NCBI RefSeq assembly: GCF_036845285.1 | Contig: NZ_DAIUEE010000003.1 | Location: 191,697-223,696, forward strand | Length of the DNA: 32,000 nucleotides | From: Pseudoxanthomonas sp. | GTDB taxonomy: Bacteria; Pseudomonadota; Gammaproteobacteria; Xanthomonadales; Xanthomonadaceae | Direction of reading: 5' to 3' | In this document: positions 10,489-17,970 of the stretch, in pieces | Position numbering within the stretch: position 1 is the stretch's first letter | Layout: each line of letters begins with the position of its first letter | Program-made: the position numbers and the translations under genes | Notes under the pieces: generated by a model | What the model was told of the DNA's origin: nothing | The model's database searches: none | The model's input: the letters and a program-made list of their open reading frames with translations, nothing else

Positions 10489-11055
10489 ATGGCAAGGATG
10501 CCTTCGTCTCCCCGTCAGGGGAGTCATATCCAACGCGCCGCACCCTTGCGTGGCTTCACGCTGGTGGAAACCGCGGTAACCCTGTCCGTCCTGGCACTCA
10601 TGGTCGCCATAGGCCTGCCGTCGATGCGGGAGTTCCGGGCACGCCAGCAGGCCGGTGCGATAGCGAATCTGCTGGTGTCCCACTTCGCCTCGGCCCGGAT
10701 GACCGCCATCAGCCACAACGTCCCGGTCATGGTCTGCCCCAGCGATGGTGCCGGCACATGCCGCCAGGGCACCGACTGGGGAGGACACTGGCTGTCGTTC
10801 CGCGACCCGGATGGAAACCGCCAGCCCGACGACGGCGACGACATCTACCGGAACGACACCGTGCCGGACAACCCGAGTATCCGCGTAGTGTCCACACAGG
10901 GCCGCCGGCATGTCCGCTATCAGCCGACCGGCATGAGCTACGGCACCAACCTGACCATCCGGATCTGCTACGACGGCCGCGTGGCCACCAGCGTCATACT
11001 GAACAACACGGGCCGCGCGCGCACCGTGCGCGGCAGCCTGACCACACCGTGTTGA
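10489..11055 (+). CDS. fimT: Type IV pilus minor pilin, GspH/FimT family, with C-terminal GRxR motif
   Basis: 188-aa ORF with a class III signal and cleavage motif (LRG|[23 protein letters not shown]), a FimT/GspH-like body and a C-terminus ...[23 protein letters not shown] lies 6 nt upstream of the ATG. Confidence 0.8.
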   Translation: MARMPSSPRQGSHIQRAAPLRGFTLVETAVTLSVLALMVAIGLPSMREFRARQQAGAIANLLVSHFASARMTAISHNVPVMVCPSDGAGTCRQGTDWGGHWLSFRDPDGNRQPDDGDDIYRNDTVPDNPSIRVVSTQGRRHVRYQPTGMSYGTNLTIRICYDGRVATSVILNNTGRARTVRGSLTTPC

Positions 11056-11112
11056 TTCCCGCACCGCACCCCCCGGCTCCGCACGCCCTACCCGGCCTTC
11101 ATGTCCCGAGGC

Positions 11113-11141
11113 TTGTTCCCGCCGGAATCGCTGGCTACAAT
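11113..11141 (+). promoter_or_regulatory. Candidate promoter for tRNA-Asn (TTGTTC-N17-TACAAT)
   Basis: The -35 is at 11113-11118, the spacer is 17 nt and the -10 TACAAT is at 11136-11141, 9 nt upstream of the tRNA 5' end. Confidence 0.45.
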
Positions 11142-11150
11142 ACGCGCCCC

Positions 11151-11227
11151 GCCCGAATAGCTCAGCCGGTTAGAGCACTTGACTGTTAATCAGGGGGTCG
11201 TTGGTTCGAGTCCAACTTCGGGCGCCA
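11151..11227 (+). tRNA. tRNA-Asn, anticodon GUU
   Basis: GCCCGAATAGCTCAGCCGGTTAGAGCACTTGACTGTTAATCAGGGGGTCGTTGGTTCGAGTCCAACTTCGGGCGCCA. The anticodon arm is CTTGA-CTGTTAA-TCAGG, the T-loop is GGTTCGAGT and CCA is encoded. Confidence 0.9.
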
Positions 11228-11232
11228 GATCG

Positions 11233-11265
11233 AAAAAAGCCGCATCCTTGGATGCGGCTTTTTTT
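11233..11265. terminator. Bidirectional intrinsic terminator (A6-hairpin-T7)
   Basis: AAAAAAGCCGCATCC-TT-GGATGCGGCTTTTTTT is a 9-bp stem flanked by an A-run and a T-run. It lies between tRNA-Asn (+) and the convergent pilE (-). Confidence 0.8.
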
Positions 11266-11384
11266 ATTGCCCTTCTCGCCCATTGCGCCAGGAAGAGATT
11301 CTGCCCTCTGCGAAGGCTCTCGGCGCTTTGGTCAGTCGCACGCGTGCCTATCGCAGTAACACATGCTCAGGCACTTTATACTCT

Positions 11385-11816
11385 TCACCAACAGCCATCC
11401 GTGGCAGGTAAGCGATTGCCGGCTTGATCGATTGACAGGGTACCGCAGCGGTCATCCGCCTGGCTGCCCTGCGGCGTAGCGGTCAGCAAAAAAGCCCTGG
11501 CCTCCAGGCTGGAGGTAACGGGTTCGACCCTGTAGAACCTGCTCACGTCCGCATCGCAGGTAAAGACCTCCGGAGTGCCGTCAGCGTTGTACGCCAGTCG
11601 CGTGGTGTAGAAGCGCTCCATCTGCTGCGCCGCCTGCAAGAGGCAGGCGGTGCCACCTGCGCGACGACCCTTGCGCACATGCTCGAGGTAGCTGGGCAGG
11701 GCGATCGAGGCGAGGATGCCGATGATCGCCACCACTACCATCAGTTCGATCAGGGTGAAACCAGCCAGCGCACGGGGCGCGGCCTTGGCGGAAACCATCA
11801 TCTGTCCGTTCTCCAT
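11385..11816 (-). CDS. pilE: Type IV pilin-like protein PilE (minor pilin)
   Basis: 143-aa ORF with prepilin motif ALAG|FTLIELMVVVAIIGILASIALPSY and a C-terminal Cys pair. It is the last gene of the minor-pilin operon, 3 nt after the pilY1 stop. An alternative start at 11801 (MMVSAK...) has a GGAGAA 8 nt upstream. Confidence 0.85.
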   Translation of the reverse strand: MENGQMMVSAKAAPRALAGFTLIELMVVVAIIGILASIALPSYLEHVRKGRRAGGTACLLQAAQQMERFYTTRLAYNADGTPEVFTCDADVSRFYRVEPVTSSLEARAFLLTATPQGSQADDRCGTLSIDQAGNRLPATDGCW

Positions 11817-11819
11817 GTG

Positions 11820-14800
11820 TCAGTCCCTGCGGATCTCACGCCACGAGGCGCGGTCCCAACGCGGCGCCGCCGTACGCACCGTATTCAATCCGGCGCCACC
11901 GCTGCCACCGACCCCCAGCAGACCACGCAACAGATTCGGCAAGGTCGGCATGCCGTTGCCCAGGTTCACCGAGCCCACCGGCAGGTTGCCGGTCACCGCC
12001 GTGTCCTCGGTAATCCCGTCACCATTGAGGTCGAAATACGAGAGGCTGCCACTGGTACCAGTGAAAGCATCCAGTGCGTTGATATAGCCGGTGCCGCTGG
12101 AACTGCAGGCACCGCCCGAGGGGATGATGCTGGCGGTAAGCAGGAAACGGCCTGCCAACTGCGCGTCCTGCACGATCCTCTCGCCGCCGACCGGCAAATC
12201 GAGATACCACCCCTTCGACGCGGGAGGCAATGTTGCGCGCGGCTCAAAAGCGCGCACATTGCCTTCCGTCACCTGTACGGCGCGCTCGGTCAGATCGTCA
12301 CGCGTGCGGGTCGCATTCTCGTCGATGAAACCGTACATGCTCTGCACGTCGGTGCTTCCGGGCTGCGCGTCTTCGGCGGTCAGGTAGCGACCGGTACCGA
12401 AGAAGACCCAGCGCTTCCGGGTCAGCGGATGGACACCCACCGCCACACCGCCGGTGATGGGCTGCGCCTTGCCGTCAGCGTCCTGCGCCGTGAACAGGCG
12501 CGTGGCGGTCCAGTCTGTCGGCGTAGCCGAGGTCAGGTCGAACTTCCAGACGTTGCCTTGCATGTCGCCGGCATAGACATAGGCCAGCGTCCTGCCGTCG
12601 ATGCCATAGATGCCCGTCGCCGAAGACAGGCCGTTGGGCACGAGCACGCTTCCAACGCCGGTATCGATTTCACGAATCACGGCGCCTGTGTTCATGTCCA
12701 GAACGATGAGCACGGCGCGCTCGTTGTTGCTGTTCGGCCCATTGGCAACCACCGCGGCCGCCCTGCGCGTGCCGGCATTCACATTGGCCAGCAGCGGCTT
12801 GCTGAGGACAAGACCCATGTTGCTGCCAGGCGTGTCCGCGCGCTCCCACTTGAAGTTGGTCGCCGCCATCGCTGCGGGACTAGTGACATCCAGCGCATAC
12901 AGCCCCTTGCCGCCACGCCCCAGGCTTCCCACCAAGATGTTCGTGCTGGCGGAGGTCAAGGTGCGCGGACTGACCGCGATGGGGCCATCCACGAAGTACC
13001 GGTGCGCGTAGTCGCCACGGCTCAACGTGGACAACAGTCCCCAATTGATGATGTTGGGGATGTAGGCGAACAACTCCTCGCCATTACTCGCGTTGAAAGC
13101 ATGCAGCATGCCGTCATTGGCGCCTACGTAAAGCGTATTGGTGTCCGCGACATAAGCGGGCGAGGAATTGATAATGTCGCCCAGCAGGCCGGTACGTCTG
13201 CGCAGGTGGGGTGCCTCGTTGCCTTCCAGACTCGTGTCGCCCTTGATGTAGTCGACATTCCGCGCGCCGGTCACCGGATAGTTGAACGTGTCGCCGGTTC
13301 GAGCGAGCACTGCCGTCTGGGTCGTGGTGGGGAACGTACGCCCCGTGCCACCTTCGGAGGTGAAGACCTTGCGGGTGCTCCAGTCCCCGATGCTCGCATT
13401 CCACATTTCCGCGCCATCCGACGCCCTGCTGGCCCTCAGGCCGCCCTTCCAGCTGCCCTGCTCGTAGCTGGCGTTGAACACCAGCGTGCTGGCCTCCGGC
13501 GATACGGAGGTGGACACGACGTTGGAATAGGAACTGCTGCGCCGTTCGATCTCGGTCAAGGCATCCTGCAACGCCTTGGTGAACCTGTCCGAATCGTTGG
13601 CCAGCACGTAGCGGCCACGCCCGTTCACCGCCGCATGCCACAGATCGTCGATGCTGCTGGCGGTATTGTTGACGGAGATCGGCCAGCTCTTGGTACCCGC
13701 CGTGATGGCCGGCAGGTCGTTTTCAGGATCCAGGCTGCCCGCCGCACCCAGCGACACAGAGAAGGTCACCATATGCTGGTGACTGGCGGGGTCGTCGATC
13801 GACGCCGGGACGTTGTTCACCATGTCCTCGCGCAAATCGGTCTTCCAGTAATACATGGCGATATCGGCCAGCGTGTCGGCCTGGTTATCGCCCTTGTACG
13901 GCAGGGGGAAGGTACCATCCTGCTCGCCGACCTTCTCATTTACGCCCGTGTAATCGTAAGCCGCATTATCGTTGTCGTTACGGTAGCCATCGGTGGTCAG
14001 GATCATGTAGCTCTGACGGCAGCTGAATTGCTCCACCGGCGCACCAGGACCCCAAGGCCCCGTGGCCGTATGGTCAGTCTTGAAGTAATTGCCCGCGTTC
14101 CATATTGCGGAGCGCAACGGCGTGGAGCCGGAGCCATTTTCGGAATACAGTCGCTGGAACCACGCAGTACGATTGTTGTCGGCGCCCGTGGTGCCGTTGG
14201 GATCGTCGAACAAGCCTTGGTTGCGCGTGACCGGAATGGGTTTGGCGCGCGACAAGGGATGGGTATTCCATCTGCCGCCCGTTGGCCACACACCGCCACC
14301 AGGAATGACCGTATTGCTCTGAGACATGTCGTTCCAGATATTCCGGTAGCCGACACGATAATTCGAGCCGATCTGCGAGAACGCACGCCCCGCGCCCGAC
14401 TTGGCGACCTTGAAACGGGTCCGGTGGTAGGAATACCAGGTCGCGAAGTTGGTCCGCTCGTCAGCCGCCGAACGACCCGCAGGTCTCGTTGCGCTGGTGG
14501 GCGTGGCTGCGGTGCAGTTCGTCCAACGTGTGCCGACGCATCCATCTTCGTTGCTGGTGTAATACGTGATCGTCAGGCTGGCGCCGATGAAGCCTGTCGC
14601 CACCCTGCCCCGCAAGCCGAGGTGGATCACCGTTCCTGCAGCCGGGTTGCTTATCGACCTTGTCTTGGTCGCGCCAGACCCCGTGTTCCTATTCTCATAG
14701 TCTGTCGTGGTGGGCTCAGCTCCATACCGGTAATAGAGCTCTGCATTTGAGCCTGTCACCGTGATCGTGACGTTTACCGTATTGGCCGGGACCGTGAACG

Positions 14801-15419
14801 TCGGGAATCCCGTGACCATCGTCTGAGCCAATCCTCCGGTCAGACCCGTCTGGGGATAGCCTGGCACCGGATACCCACCCGACCATTCGGAGCGTTCCAC
14901 CGTGCCATTGGTCAGAATCTGATAACGCCAGTAGTTGGCGACATTGCCGAAGGTGGTGGCATCGCCGGTATTCTTCGGCACATAGTAGGTCTGTGTTGCA
15001 CCCGACAGATTGATGGTGCCGGTATCGAAGGGCGGCACCAGCGCAACATGGGAATACGCGGCGGTGTATGACATACCGCCCGTCATCTCAGAACCGTCGG
15101 GGTTCACCCACGGCCGGTAGTCCTTGAACGGGTTGTAGTAGATCGTGTTGCGCGTGTAAGCCTGCCTTGCGATGTTGAGACCGCTGACACTGGGAACACT
15201 GTCAGGCATGTAGTCCCACTGCATGGAGCCGGAATTGTCCAGCACCATCAGGATATTCGGCGGTATCCGCGCGCCGGTGGTCATCGGCTCAGGCGGAATC
15301 GTGACGCCGGCATTGACCGGGAGCGCCAGCAATGTGACCAGAAAGGCAGCCGGCGCGCTCCACCAGGGGCGGTGAGCGGCATGTTGACGACGCGGATGCA
15401 GGGAAGAAGGAGTGTTCAT
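11820..15419 (-). CDS. pilY1: Type IV pilus tip adhesin/biogenesis factor PilY1 (vWA-like N-terminal domain, beta-propeller C-terminal domain)
   Basis: 1199-aa ORF with a signal peptide. It has a MIDAS-type motif LMVLDNSGSM (15225-15239), the TNFATWYSYHRTR motif typical of PilY1 vWA domains, and ILTTDGY. C-terminal PilY1/PilC propeller motifs are present (LLGDIINSSPAYV, GMLHAFNASNGEELFAYIP), plus an EF-hand-like DLNGDGITED. Confidence 0.9.
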   Translation of the reverse strand: MNTPSSLHPRRQHAAHRPWWSAPAAFLVTLLALPVNAGVTIPPEPMTTGARIPPNILMVLDNSGSMQWDYMPDSVPSVSGLNIARQAYTRNTIYYNPFKDYRPWVNPDGSEMTGGMSYTAAYSHVALVPPFDTGTINLSGATQTYYVPKNTGDATTFGNVANYWRYQILTNGTVERSEWSGGYPVPGYPQTGLTGGLAQTMVTGFPTFTVPANTVNVTITVTGSNAELYYRYGAEPTTTDYENRNTGSGATKTRSISNPAAGTVIHLGLRGRVATGFIGASLTITYYTSNEDGCVGTRWTNCTAATPTSATRPAGRSAADERTNFATWYSYHRTRFKVAKSGAGRAFSQIGSNYRVGYRNIWNDMSQSNTVIPGGGVWPTGGRWNTHPLSRAKPIPVTRNQGLFDDPNGTTGADNNRTAWFQRLYSENGSGSTPLRSAIWNAGNYFKTDHTATGPWGPGAPVEQFSCRQSYMILTTDGYRNDNDNAAYDYTGVNEKVGEQDGTFPLPYKGDNQADTLADIAMYYWKTDLREDMVNNVPASIDDPASHQHMVTFSVSLGAAGSLDPENDLPAITAGTKSWPISVNNTASSIDDLWHAAVNGRGRYVLANDSDRFTKALQDALTEIERRSSSYSNVVSTSVSPEASTLVFNASYEQGSWKGGLRASRASDGAEMWNASIGDWSTRKVFTSEGGTGRTFPTTTQTAVLARTGDTFNYPVTGARNVDYIKGDTSLEGNEAPHLRRRTGLLGDIINSSPAYVADTNTLYVGANDGMLHAFNASNGEELFAYIPNIINWGLLSTLSRGDYAHRYFVDGPIAVSPRTLTSASTNILVGSLGRGGKGLYALDVTSPAAMAATNFKWERADTPGSNMGLVLSKPLLANVNAGTRRAAAVVANGPNSNNERAVLIVLDMNTGAVIREIDTGVGSVLVPNGLSSATGIYGIDGRTLAYVYAGDMQGNVWKFDLTSATPTDWTATRLFTAQDADGKAQPITGGVAVGVHPLTRKRWVFFGTGRYLTAEDAQPGSTDVQSMYGFIDENATRTRDDLTERAVQVTEGNVRAFEPRATLPPASKGWYLDLPVGGERIVQDAQLAGRFLLTASIIPSGGACSSSGTGYINALDAFTGTSGSLSYFDLNGDGITEDTAVTGNLPVGSVNLGNGMPTLPNLLRGLLGVGGSGGAGLNTVRTAAPRWDRASWREIRRD

Positions 15420-15955
15420 GGCTCATCCGGGATGCGGCTGATGACGGTGGCTTGCACGAGCACGTCGGCGCGGCCTGCGGAACGGCTGCGCGCGGTCACG
15501 CGGTACAAGGGGTTGGCGCAGTTGAGGGTGGAACCGGAGGTGGTATCGCAACCACCAGGCTGGCCCGGCCCGGTACCGACGTACTCGATCCAGTACTCGG
15601 GATTCTCCGCGACCATCCGGTTGTCGTAGCTATCGTCCGGCACCTGGCGCCATACCGGCACGGAGCCGCTGGGACAGATGCTGTCAGACGCGCAGTCAGC
15701 CGCGGTGGGAATCCGGCGGTCCCAGTCTCCCGCACCAAGCACCTGGTCCTGCGCGAAACGAAGCGCGCCCTCGGCCGCCTGGAAAGCGACACTGCGGTCA
15801 CGCAGATTGGCGGCCATGCGCTCCTGCATGGCGGAGCTGCGCATGATGGCCAAGCCCAGGATAGCCGTCACCACCAGCAGGACCAGCACCACGATCAGGG
15901 CGATACCCTGCTGATCGCGCCCGGTTTTTGCGGAATGGGTAAGAGAGGATTTCAT
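15416..15955 (-). CDS. pilX: Type IV pilus minor pilin PilX (PilX N-terminal domain protein)
   Basis: The ORF track gives 15416..16357, but the real start MKSSLTHSAKTGRDQQGIALIVVLVLLVVTAILGLAIMRSS is the ATG at 15955..15953, leaving 179 aa. It makes ATGA overlaps with the pilW stop and the pilY1 start. Confidence 0.8.
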   Translation of the reverse strand: MKSSLTHSAKTGRDQQGIALIVVLVLLVVTAILGLAIMRSSAMQERMAANLRDRSVAFQAAEGALRFAQDQVLGAGDWDRRIPTAADCASDSICPSGSVPVWRQVPDDSYDNRMVAENPEYWIEYVGTGPGQPGGCDTTSGSTLNCANPLYRVTARSRSAGRADVLVQATVISRIPDEP

Positions 15956-16782
15956 AGCGTGCGTCCCCGCAGGCTGACGACGTTGGATACCTGCCGCGTC
16001 AGGGCGCGGCCATCGACGTCCGCGCCCTGCAGCGTCATGTTGATCCGCACGGCGACCACATCGTCGCCCGGCGTATCGGTGTAGTCGGCTTCGCCACGCT
16101 GGCGATAGCTGAAGTCGATGTCCTGCACGCCATCGACCACTTCCTCTGCCGCACCATCGAAGCGCGACATATAAAGGGAGCTGCCTCCTCCGCGACCATT
16201 CTCCTGTACGAACCACTGCACGTCGCGGAAACGTGCCAAGACGACCGACGGCAGCAACGCGGCATCGGTCACCGGGTAGTCCGGCAATCCGTCGAAACTG
16301 ACCGTCATTCCCGTCACACCGGTGGCGGCGACCACGTGGGTACGACTGCTGTTGCACAACATGATGAGGTTGCCAACGGAAAACGCATCGGAGGCCGCGT
16401 CGAGCTCCCCGTCATCCAGCGTAACGGAACTGGAAGTCGTGCTCTCCACCCGGTAGGCAGTATCGTCGCCGGAAAACACCCGCAACGACGTGGCATCACC
16501 CTGGATAGGCGAGGTGCTGAACTGGGCGGCCTCCGCATTGCCGCCCACGATCTCCGAATACCGTGAACAGGCGCTGCCTCCGGCCGCGCGGATATCGCGT
16601 GACATCAATTCGAAAGCGATGCGGGCGTTTTCCTGGATGCGGTTCAAACCTTCATTCGAACGATAGGTCGCCTGATTGGATTGCAGGATCGCAAAGGCAG
16701 CGCCGGTGACCAGCAGGCCCAGCACCAAGGCCACCATCAGTTCGATCAGGCTGAAGCCGGCGGCAGGACGGCGCGATGTCAT
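15952..16782 (-). CDS. pilW: Type IV pilus minor pilin PilW
   Basis: 276-aa ORF with prepilin motif AAG|FSLIELMVALVLGLLV followed by ...YRSNEGLNRIQENARIAFELMSRDIRAAG, which is typical of PilW. It makes an ATGA overlap with the pilV stop. Confidence 0.85.
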   Translation of the reverse strand: MTSRRPAAGFSLIELMVALVLGLLVTGAAFAILQSNQATYRSNEGLNRIQENARIAFELMSRDIRAAGGSACSRYSEIVGGNAEAAQFSTSPIQGDATSLRVFSGDDTAYRVESTTSSSVTLDDGELDAASDAFSVGNLIMLCNSSRTHVVAATGVTGMTVSFDGLPDYPVTDAALLPSVVLARFRDVQWFVQENGRGGGSSLYMSRFDGAAEEVVDGVQDIDFSYRQRGEADYTDTPGDDVVAVRINMTLQGADVDGRALTRQVSNVVSLRGRTL

Positions 16783-17264
16783 ATGGTCGTCCTCGTCACC
16801 ACTTGCCGCTCGTTGCCGCCGCCGGCACGCGAGTCATCCCACTGAATGGTGATGACGCAGGCCTCGGGGCAGCCTCTGATCTCGCCACAGGTGGTTGTGT
16901 CGGCATCGTTATTGGCGATGTTGTTCTTCAGGTCGGTGATCCAGGTCTGCAGATCACTTCCGGCCACATCGCTGCCCGCCACCGCGGTACACACCATGGC
17001 GTCGGTGTTGTAGGCCGCTGCGTTGGCGCGATTGGCGCGTATGGCGTCGAGGATGGCGTTGGTCTGCATGACCGCCTGGCTGGTTTCAAGCGAACTCTGT
17101 CCGCCTCGCAGGGCAACGGATTGCATGGCAGCCACGCCGAGCAGGCCGATGCTCAACACCACCACGGCCACCAGCACTTCGATCAGGCTGATGCCACGCA
17201 CCGAGCGCGGGCCGTGCGATGAGCTGCGACGCACACCTGCACCACTGCTGGAACATTGATTCAT
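16779..17264 (-). CDS. pilV: Type IV pilus minor pilin PilV
   Basis: Prepilin motif VRG|ISLIEVLVAVVVLSIGLLGVAAMQ, a PilV-type N-terminus. I prefer the ATG at 17264..17262 (MNQCSSS...), which forms an ATGA overlap with the fimU stop. The ORF track starts 6 nt upstream at a TTG. Confidence 0.8.
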   Translation of the reverse strand: MNQCSSSGAGVRRSSSHGPRSVRGISLIEVLVAVVVLSIGLLGVAAMQSVALRGGQSSLETSQAVMQTNAILDAIRANRANAAAYNTDAMVCTAVAGSDVAGSDLQTWITDLKNNIANNDADTTTCGEIRGCPEACVITIQWDDSRAGGGNERQVVTRTTI

Positions 17265-17806
17265 GAGCAAATACCTCCGCCGTCGGCCCGTTCGGTCCTG
17301 ACATGTCCCGCCACACTGATCGTTATCACCCGCTGGTTGTCGGCTGGACGGGTGGTCGGAATACAGACGGTCAGTACCTCCGCCGCTGGAATCAGGCCGG
17401 CCGAATTGAACGTGATGCCGGCCACTGGCCCGGCAAGCTGCACATTGCCTGGGAACAATCCGCCGCGCACGACGTCCTCGCCAGCGTCAAGGTTGTTGTT
17501 ACCGACGATGGCCCAGCCACCCCACTCGGCACCGTTCGAGCAGGTCGTGCCATCGGTACTGCGACACAGGCGCACAGGCGCATTGCGCCGGATGGCCTCC
17601 GCACGCGCCAACTGCGCGGCAGCGGTCAGTTCGCCAGCCGTGCTGGAAAGACGGTTGGAATTCATCAACGCGACCATCGACGGCGCGGCGATGGCCGAGA
17701 GGATGGCGATCACCGCGATGGTCACCATCAGCTCGATCAGCGTGAAGCCACGCTGGCGCTGCCTGCGCAATGCGCCGCCGGCATCGCTCGGGTGTGAGAC
17801 GGACAT
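17261..17806 (-). CDS. fimU: Type IV pilus minor pilin, GspH/FimU family (first gene of the operon)
   Basis: 181-aa ORF with prepilin motif QRG|FTLIELMVTIAVIAILSAIAAPS and a GspH/FimT-family body (NSNRLSSTAGELTAAAQLARAEAIRRN...). It lacks the C-terminal GRxR and has GHVR at that position. Confidence 0.8.
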   Translation of the reverse strand: MSVSHPSDAGGALRRQRQRGFTLIELMVTIAVIAILSAIAAPSMVALMNSNRLSSTAGELTAAAQLARAEAIRRNAPVRLCRSTDGTTCSNGAEWGGWAIVGNNNLDAGEDVVRGGLFPGNVQLAGPVAGITFNSAGLIPAAEVLTVCIPTTRPADNQRVITISVAGHVRTERADGGGICS

Positions 17807-17970
17807 ACCCTTCCCCTTGTTGACGGCTTACCCTAGCCTCAACCCCGGACACCGACCAGCTCTTCCCGAATGAACGGCACGATTCGCCGCCTCAATGGCG
17901 AGTTTGGGCCGGTGACCACCCCGCCTGCGGCCACAACCGCCCTCCTTCCCTCCGATCCACGCCTTACGAC

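Noticed and set aside
11228-11384. Possible genomic-island boundary at tRNA-Asn: an attachment-site direct repeat of the tRNA 3' end, or an integrase gene.
   Set aside because: I could not find a second copy of the tRNA-Asn 3' segment (…GGTTCGAGTCCAACTTCGGGCGCCA) at the far end of the pilin locus (about 17.8-19 kb) or elsewhere in the window. No integrase or transposase ORF is present.
11679-14750. A 1023-aa ORF on the plus strand, fully antisense to pilY1.
   Set aside because: Its composition is dominated by Arg/Gly/Ala/His/Asp with no recognisable motifs, signal or domain pattern. Stop codons are rare on the antisense strand of high-GC genes. Equivalent long antisense ORFs cover pheT (1019..3292) and thrS (6179..8065), which are certainly real genes on the other strand. 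I treat it as a GC artefact.
15956-16357. The N-terminal extension of the pilX ORF (313 aa in the track), plus the extensions of pheT (3284..3325), thrS (7934..7996) and uvrB (10340..10543).
   Set aside because: In each case the conserved protein N-terminus begins at an internal ATG, and the extension overlaps the upstream gene or intergenic DNA with non-conserved sequence.
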